Origin: Eledone cirrhosa
Taxonomy: Eukaryota
Assembly: GCA_964016885.1 (NCBI GenBank)
Contig: OZ024747.1
Coordinates: 87,854,001 to 87,918,000 of the forward strand
DNA: 64,000 bases
Direction of reading: 5' to 3'
The notes below the pieces were generated by a model. That model was not told the DNA's origin. It did not search any database and saw only the letters and a program-made list of their open reading frames with translations. This document shows, in pieces, positions 60,801 to 64,000 of the stretch. The position numbers and the translations under genes were made by a program. Position 1 is the stretch's first letter. Each line of letters starts with the position of its first letter.

Positions 60801-63509
60801 CTGGATCAATTGCAGATGGTTGATTCTGACATCACTTGCTGGAAGGAGTGTTTGAGGACTCTGCCCCCATGACCATCTCAGGAATAAGTGGGCGAAGATG
60901 TGTCTACTCTCCTAGACAGGTAGCCTTCACTACAACTTACAGAGTCTATGTCTGCCCTGTACGTGTGACAAAAGAGCCTTGATGAAATCAACAACTAAAC
61001 AATCATCTGGTTATTAAACCAATTATAAATAAATTATAATAATAAATTGAAGTGAAACCCAACAGATGTATGTGTCCCATATTGGCAGCATGACCCTTCC
61101 CGAGTGTAACAATATCTGTTTCAACGTTTTCAGGTAAAAAAATTTGCAAAACAAATACAAAAACTAAGTATATATATACTAAAAGACAGATAATTATCTC
61201 TCTCTCTCTATTTATATATATAGAGAGAGATAGATAGATAGATAGATAAATAAGATATATAGATGTATATGTCAATATCTGTGTTTACGTTTACTGCTTG
61301 CTTAAGTCCTGTAACATAGCGCAGTTTGACAAAATAAGTACCATAATAAATATTGGGGTCGATATGGTCAACTAATACTTTGAAGATGGTGCCCCAGCAT
61401 GACTACAGACTAATGAATAAAACCAATAAAAGACTATCACAGTAGTCAGCACAAAGCTTCTGAGATTACACTTACATGAAGAATGCTTTTTACATTCATC
61501 ACGCTGAGGTTGTTCTTGCGAGCATTCTCTTCTAACCTCCGATCCATCTCAAACTCAAAGTCAGAACTTGAGTCAATTTCCAAATCTAATTCAGAAGAAT
61601 CTGTATCTGATTTCTCAGGGAGTGGGTTTGTTGTTCTTTCAGACTTTTTACTTCTCTTGGCACTAAAATTAAAAAACAAAAAAAGTGTTAAACCATAAAT
61701 TATGCAGCTCCAAGTCTGTTTTAGCTAAAAATAACTCCTCTAATTGAAATAGTTTCTAGTTTTCAGGCAATGTTTTATAGATGGATGCCATTCCTGAGCC
61801 AACCCTTTTAGTTGCCTCTTATCACCAGAGTACACACAGCATATATATATACAAATGATTAAATGAAAGAAAAGATGGGATCTTAACTACTAAATTAAAT
61901 TTATTGTGTAATATGTAAGATAAAAATCAAGAACAAGAAACACAGATGAGTTCAGAGAAAAATCTAGATTTAAGAGGAATCATAGGTAGTGTACAGAGGA
62001 GCTGCACTGGAGAAGACTTATCTAACCCATGCAAGCATGGAAAAAAAAAAAAAAAAAAAAAAAAAAAACTTACCCTAAATTTTTCTTCAAAATGCTACGA
62101 ATGAAAGATCCTTTCCTCTTTCTTTCTAGCCTCTTCTGTTTGTCTGATTTATGAAGCTGAGTGGCTAACTTTCCACTTTCTGAATTTAGAAAGTTAAGTT
62201 CGTCACTGATGAACTGAAAATCTGGCTGGCTTTGTACACTGTCCAAATGACCAGATTTACTATTAGCAAAATGTTTGCCTGACACTCCAGTAGAATCTGG
62301 TAATGTTGGCTTTTTTATCACAGAATAGCTAGGTTTTGATAAAATTGAGTCTTTTAATTTAATAATTTTCCTTTGAGACTGTAAATGCTTAGTTCTGCTC
62401 CTCAAAGGTCTGGATATAGATTTAGAAGGAAATGTCTTTGGAGGAATAACAATGGTACTTCTTGGAGAAAGACAAACATCATTTCCACTTTCAGAGTTCC
62501 CTGCAACAGTATCAGTTTTAGTTGAAGAGTCTTGATTATTTGCATATTTAGTCACTGCCTTAATCAGTGTTTGCTGCCTTTGTTGATTGAAGTTACCAAA
62601 ATCAGATTTTTTGTTTGCTTTCTTAAAAGTTCTACAAGAAGAACCAGACTTTGATTTTTCTTTATCTACAACAGTAATGCCATGATTTGTTGGAGGAGAA
62701 TGATTTTTAGATGAAAAATTGTTTATTTGATTAAGTTGGTTTTTATTTTTACTGTCTACTGGAAGCGCCTCTAAACCATTCCTTTTCTGGTTTTCAGGTG
62801 TGTGAGAAACTACATTCACTCCTGTCATACCAGGAACATCAACATCATCTGAGTCTCTCTGATTCAAAGATACCTCATTGATTTTACCATCTTCTTCAAG
62901 ATTAATGGGAAGATTAGACTGATTATTAAGATTAGTCTTGATTATTTTCTTCTCTGCTTCAGATGAAATCGCCTCTTTCTTCTCAGCTTCATTTAACAAT
63001 TCAACTGGTTCATCATCAATAGCTGCACTAAGATCTTTCACAGTTGACTGCACATCACTCACTGCTGTCTTATTCCCTCCTTCTGCATCAATGTCAACAA
63101 CTGCCGTTTGTACCAGACAATCACTCTCTTTATTCTTTATATTATTAGCAGGGGTTGAATCTGTTACCGTTGTATTTTCAGTTCCCAATAAGGTTTCAAA
63201 TTTGCCTGTTTGCTGTGCTGTAGTAGTAACAGGTAATTTGTCAGTACCACCACCACCACCACCACCATCATCTCTTTTATAATCATCTTCTGGAGGAGAA
63301 CAGACAACAAACTTCTCATTACCACTATGATCTTTACAAGATTCAACCACGATGAAATCAACTTCTTTATCATCCATACTGTTGGGTAATGTTCCACGTT
63401 CTTTGGAATGGGTTTTGGTAGGGAGAAATTTCTTCAGTCTCAATTCTGACTTAGTCTTAATCATATGAGGAGATTTATGAAATGTTGAAGTATTTTTATG
63501 AGCTTTCAT
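29904..63509 (-). CDS. GON4L: GON-4-like protein (GON4L/YY1AP1/mute family): 27 coding exons, ~2091 aa, PAH domains and C-terminal SANT/Myb
   Basis: Hand-assembled GT-AG exons total 6276 nt with consistent phases. Motifs match GON4L as I recall it: NNLSVMNVKSILHTVITNEHVVAMM, EPKMTRSK, IARRTRSKLPL..APDITQDMYD, DPEYNYL..EDFRNDR.V.ITKKE, FTPAQDNLLALG, PAH ([30 protein letters not shown]), CPCQCH, WTKWMDKTIL..RTPKQIKDRYSELLQL. The start codon is uncertain (63509 or 63602, or an upstream exon). Confidence 0.9.
30118..30303. mobile_element. MITE family 1 (A) inserted into a family-2 MITE
   Basis: cagcTTAA|element|TTAAtaatgac; the uninterrupted site cagcttaataatg is seen at 41301, 34099 and 267. 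Confidence 0.9.
30387..30489 (-). CDS. GON4L: GON4L exon 26 (SANT/Myb)
   Basis: ttcag|A TGG ... CAA|gtgagt; WMDKTILDSVRKDG...GRTPKQ. Confidence 0.88.
30525..31015 (-). mobile_element. RTE-like LINE C-terminal relic (a different lineage)
   Basis: QLRYCGHVVRMSQERIAGQILQAKPTGRRPRGR; FFPTLTCGFEFW. Confidence 0.75.
31757..32178 (-). CDS. GON4L: GON4L exon 25
   Basis: ttcag|AGT ... ACT AA|gtgagt; ends ATRWTK, the start of the SANT domain. Confidence 0.85.
32400..32930 (-). mobile_element. RTE LINE 3' relic with (ATG)n tail
   Basis: Nucleotide similarity to the 3' region of the 54 kb copy; catcatcatcg tail at 32401. Confidence 0.75.
33271..33594 (-). CDS. GON4L: GON4L exon 24
   Basis: tgcag|GAG ... 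AAG|gtgagc; 324 nt, phase 0-0. Confidence 0.82.
34213..34464 (-). CDS. GON4L: GON4L exon 23
   Basis: ccag|GTC ... AAA|gtaagc; VKDGKLYF...; 252 nt. Confidence 0.85.
34515..34608. mobile_element. MITE family 1 partial copy (orientation B)
   Basis: Contains ccagaattctctcacctctttctgttcaaac. Confidence 0.75.
34615..34790 (+). mobile_element. SINE 3' module with the long-type RTE tail (relatives near 4790-5005, 21765-22030, 35065-35330, 48860-49090, 51485-51635)
   Basis: gcactcactgtaaatgaggttggtgttagg...aatcagttcccgtatgagcaag...tctaacccatgctag...ggac(gat)n. Confidence 0.78.
35481..35709 (-). CDS. GON4L: GON4L exon 22
   Basis: ttcag|T ... ACA|gtaagt; DFEEV...CPCQCH...HCSMCG. Confidence 0.9.
35793..35976 (-). 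mobile_element. SINE family 2 copy (others at 27678-27783, 51030-51212; degenerate copies at 29490-29710 and 19880-19975)
   Basis: Same head, body and tail as 2705-2900. Confidence 0.85.
36303..36632 (-). mobile_element. Second copy of the same SINE
   Basis: Near-identical to 57777-58132 (compare spurious ORFs 36385..36624 and 57880..58119). Confidence 0.88.
36675..36850 (-). mobile_element. RTE RT fragment
   Basis: Minus strand reads HMKNG*AAGPSEIVDEMLKES..GVKLITCIV.QVIQ. Confidence 0.75.
36961..37142 (-). CDS. GON4L: GON4L exon 21 (PAH2)
   Basis: cacag|ATT ... GAA AG|gtttct; FEKHPSQYQKVL...KGQDELLAEFS. Confidence 0.9.
37484..37636 (-). CDS. GON4L: GON4L exon 20 (PAH)
   Basis: gcag|CTG ... 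GAG|gtaatt; [32 protein letters not shown]. Confidence 0.93.
37898..38440 (-). repeat. Two ~187-bp direct repeats (37898-38084, 38255-38440), each with a minimal hammerhead-like motif; Penelope pLTR-like
   Basis: Highly similar repeats about 357 nt apart; minus strand contains CTGATGA-A-stem II-GAAAC-(G/A)TT-AAGA. Confidence 0.8.
37986..38021 (-). ncRNA. Candidate minimal type I hammerhead ribozyme
   Basis: UCUU-CUGAUGA-A-GGA(CUAGCA)UCC-GAAAC-GUU-AAGA: core boxes, 3-bp stem II, palindromic AACGUU at stem III, and UCUU/AAGA stem I. Confidence 0.6.
38716..40545 (-). mobile_element. RTE-clade LINE, 5'-truncated RT/C-terminal fragment with frameshifts, (ATG)n tail
   Basis: ORF 39419..40438 has intact YADD; ORF 38780..39178 has RRLRWYGHV and GRPRKTW; frameshifts near 39380-39450. 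Confidence 0.95.
40976..41113 (-). CDS. GON4L: GON4L exon 19 (start of PAH1)
   Basis: ttcag|AGA ... GTA|gtaagt; [13 protein letters not shown]...YEQFLRILFEF. Confidence 0.92.
41866..42074. mobile_element. MITE family 1 (orientation B)
   Basis: Internal consensus and right TIR with TTAA. Confidence 0.88.
42351..42453 (-). CDS. GON4L: GON4L exon 18
   Basis: ttcag|C ... CGA|gtaagt; LAMLAPNLIEKDPR. Confidence 0.85.
42560..42830 (-). mobile_element. LINE APE endonuclease relic
   Basis: DFNAHVGADHLTWKGVIGRN..NLNTNGEALLDLF. Confidence 0.7.
42954..43800 (-). CDS. GON4L: GON4L exon 17
   Basis: tctatag|AT ... ATC GG|gtaaga; most of ORF 42950..43918. A second in-frame acceptor lies 9 nt downstream. 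Confidence 0.85.
44886..45001 (-). CDS. GON4L: GON4L exon 16
   Basis: ttttag|T AAA ... TCA G|gtgatt; phase 2-1, bridging exons 15 and 17. Confidence 0.7.
45597..45787 (-). CDS. GON4L: GON4L exon 15
   Basis: tgtag|TCA ... GAT GG|gtgagt; open reading frame, phase 0-2. Confidence 0.75.
46135..46340. mobile_element. MITE family 1 (orientation A)
   Basis: Both TIRs with TTAA; lies 14 nt from the GON4L exon 14 donor. Confidence 0.9.
46355..46474 (-). CDS. GON4L: GON4L exon 14
   Basis: tacag|TCT ... AAG|gtaaat; 120 nt, ends APCWFK. Confidence 0.8.
46747..47203. repeat. 31-bp minisatellite, 15 units, amplified inside a SINE in GON4L intron 13
   Basis: Unit ccaaggctatagtagaagacacttggtcaac; one 25-nt and one 30-nt variant unit; runs into SINE sequence caaggtgccac...gggactgagcccagaaccat. 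Confidence 0.95.
47331..47487 (-). CDS. GON4L: GON4L exon 13
   Basis: tgtag|T CTT ... AAG|gtaagt; LLALGFQQF...PCKTEKQIRARLKNL...DNPVK. Confidence 0.92.
48352..48568. mobile_element. MITE family 1 (orientation B)
   Basis: Both TIRs present. Confidence 0.88.
49115..49253 (-). CDS. GON4L: GON4L exon 12
   Basis: aacag|GT ... GAC AA|gtgagt; FPFPPLLP...FTPAQDN. Confidence 0.88.
49293..49580 (-). mobile_element. CR1/L2-type LINE 3' end relic
   Basis: Minus strand reads KHFFMLRVAEAWIKLPASVVSCRDTASFK (FF..RV...W..LP..VV...FK motif), followed by a UTR and (ATT)n tail. Confidence 0.75.
49710..49941. mobile_element. Older TTAA-type MITE family 2, representative copy (others near 170-400, 8688-8911, 23825-24020, 25880-26075, 29987-30340, 34050-34190, 41270-41411, 47585-48048, 60445-60690)
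   Basis: Shared core aacaccagcttaataatgagaaagttag..actaaattc; ends resemble ttaaccctt(t)gatacc / atatggtaatgaaagggttaa. Boundaries are approximate. Confidence 0.65.
50233..50365 (-). CDS. GON4L: GON4L exon 11
   Basis: ttcag|CAA ... AAA A|gtaaat; SVFLASNLEGSLKAIEEF. Confidence 0.8.
50698..50784 (-). CDS. GON4L: GON4L exon 10
   Basis: cccag|CAC ... TTA|gtaagt; HTQLLCQLALL. Confidence 0.88.
51225..51415 (-). pseudogene. Tc1-type transposase C-terminal relic
   Basis: Minus strand reads LKQLADVLVEE*DNIP, then a frameshifted KGGPT-like end. Confidence 0.5.
51984..52074 (-). CDS. GON4L: GON4L exon 9
   Basis: ttctag|T ... CAG|gtatat; ends EQTLIIAEQVKQ. Confidence 0.8.
52865..52955 (-). CDS. GON4L: GON4L exon 8
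   Basis: tacag|AG AAA ... ACT GG|gttagt; KKELHGLLDELF. Confidence 0.82.
53721..53849 (-). CDS. GON4L: GON4L exon 7
   Basis: acag|AT ... ACA A|gtaagt; DPEYNYLAE...EDFRNDRMVQIT. Confidence 0.92.
54008..56785 (-). mobile_element. RTE-clade LINE, 5'-truncated, inactivated (APE + RT + PHD-like finger), (ATG)n tail
   Basis: ORFs 55229..56809 and 54032..54931 share one frame, broken by TAG (55229) and TAA (55013). APE motifs (AYAPQ, GDFNGHVG, SQIDF, PQHRLV) and RT motifs (KAAGPSG, NYRGI, QFGF, DLEKAFDRV, GVHQGSVLSP); the catalytic YADD reads YADH. Confidence 0.95.
56852..57070. mobile_element. MITE family 1 (orientation A)
   Basis: Both TIRs with TTAA. Confidence 0.9.
57283..57463 (-). CDS. GON4L: GON4L exon 6
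   Basis: tatag|GAG ... GAA G|gtcagt; IARRTRSKLPLHD...APDITQDMYD. Confidence 0.92.
57777..58132 (-). mobile_element. Full-length tRNA-derived SINE with CORE-like body and RTE-derived tail
   Basis: A box TGGCTTAGTGG, B box GAGTTCAATTC, tccttgagcaagacactt CORE-like segment, internal 11-bp hairpin (57964-57989), tail matching the RTE 3' end, (ATG)n. Confidence 0.88.
58440..58484. repeat. Perfect 21-bp inverted repeat with a 3-nt loop
   Basis: tgtagccataacataatcctg-cat-caggattatgttatggctaca. Confidence 0.95.
58561..58701 (-). CDS. GON4L: GON4L exon 5
   Basis: gtag|ATT ... AAG|gttagt; IESDDDTES...GEEDKK; 141 nt, phase 0-0. Confidence 0.75.
58910..59035 (-). CDS. GON4L: GON4L exon 4
   Basis: ttcag|GGA ... 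GAG|gtgaga; GMTPWPL...LDIPFNEDEEDDDYNPE; 126 nt, phase 0-0. Confidence 0.85.
59320..59495 (+). pseudogene. mariner transposase C-terminal relic
   Basis: FPKLKEKLRG..F..MKKA...W...KCIEVG resembles the segment after the YSPDLAP motif of mariner transposases. Confidence 0.65.
59723..59866 (-). CDS. GON4L: GON4L exon 3
   Basis: acag|ACT ... GAT|gtaagt; TVITNEHVVAMM...EPKMTRSKIRE. Confidence 0.92.
60212..60413. mobile_element. MITE family 1 (orientation B)
   Basis: Internal consensus and right TIR with TTAA. Confidence 0.85.
61476..61662 (-). CDS. GON4L: GON4L exon 2
   Basis: ttttag|T GCC ... CAT|gtaagt; ends LEENARKNNLSVMNVKSILH. Confidence 0.9.
62074..63509 (-). CDS. GON4L: GON4L exon 1 (large low-complexity N-terminal exon)
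   Basis: Within the 510-aa ORF 62070..63602; possible acceptor tatgtag|AA ATG (ATG at 63509); donor GG|gtaagt at 62073, phase 2. Confidence 0.75.
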
Positions 63510-64000
63510 TTCTACATAAGGCCAACAGATATGGTTTCTTTGAGAAAATGATTGAATTCTCCGTTTAATTTTATATTCAATTTGATAAAAAAATTCTAGC
63601 ATTTCATTAAATATTTCTTCAGAATCATTGCAGGAATTTAAAGCAAAATCTCATTTTAAAAATTGTGAAAATTTCCCTTAAGAGCAAATGTTCTCTCATC
63701 CAATTGCTATACATGTTCTCTCTCTTTTAATAATTCAAAACATGAAATAAACCAGGGTTAATAGTTGAGATCTTTTGTGATTGAAACTGTAACGAAAAAA
63801 TAAATAAAAAAGATCAGATTGCAAACATTTAAAAAGTTATAAATGATAATGAATTCCATTTTGATACCATATTTCTAAAGTAATACACTACCAATATATT
63901 TCAATTAATTTTGCAGAAATCTAATCAAATAATTAATTTTTTCATTAATAAACATGTTTTGAACATTGCTTAACAAAATGTTCTTGCATAGCTTTTAGTC

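Overview
AT-rich eukaryotic DNA. Gene content and the repeat landscape suggest a mollusc, most likely an octopus; this is an inference, not a database result. Two convergent intron-containing genes are present. On the + strand is the 3' part of a MAP1/futsch-family microtubule-associated protein gene: a 99-nt exon at 865-963 spliced in phase to a ~5-kb terminal exon at 9098-14073, which carries a near-perfect 16x36-bp Ser-Pro repeat. On the - strand is an essentially complete GON4L (gon-4-like/mute) gene. I traced it by hand through 27 GT-AG coding exons from ~63509 to the stop at 29904 (6276 nt, 2091 aa, all splice phases consistent), with paired PAH domains and a C-terminal SANT/Myb domain. 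Introns and intergenic DNA are filled with RTE LINE relics, Penelope-like and CR1 relics, tRNA-derived SINEs, two TTAA-targeting piggyBac-like MITE families, Tc1/mariner remnants and minisatellites. Most notable: (1) tandem minimal hammerhead-ribozyme motifs on the sense strand of a GON4L intron; (2) a PHD-type zinc finger inserted inside the RT domain of the RTE LINEs; (3) a SINE with two alternative tails, one nearly identical to the 3' end of a LINE in the same window; (4) nested MITE insertions showing TTAA targeting, and inverted MITE pairs bracketing GON4L exon blocks; (5) the futsch phospho-repeat and a candidate alternative futsch exon. No CRISPR array, rRNA or true tRNA gene was seen.
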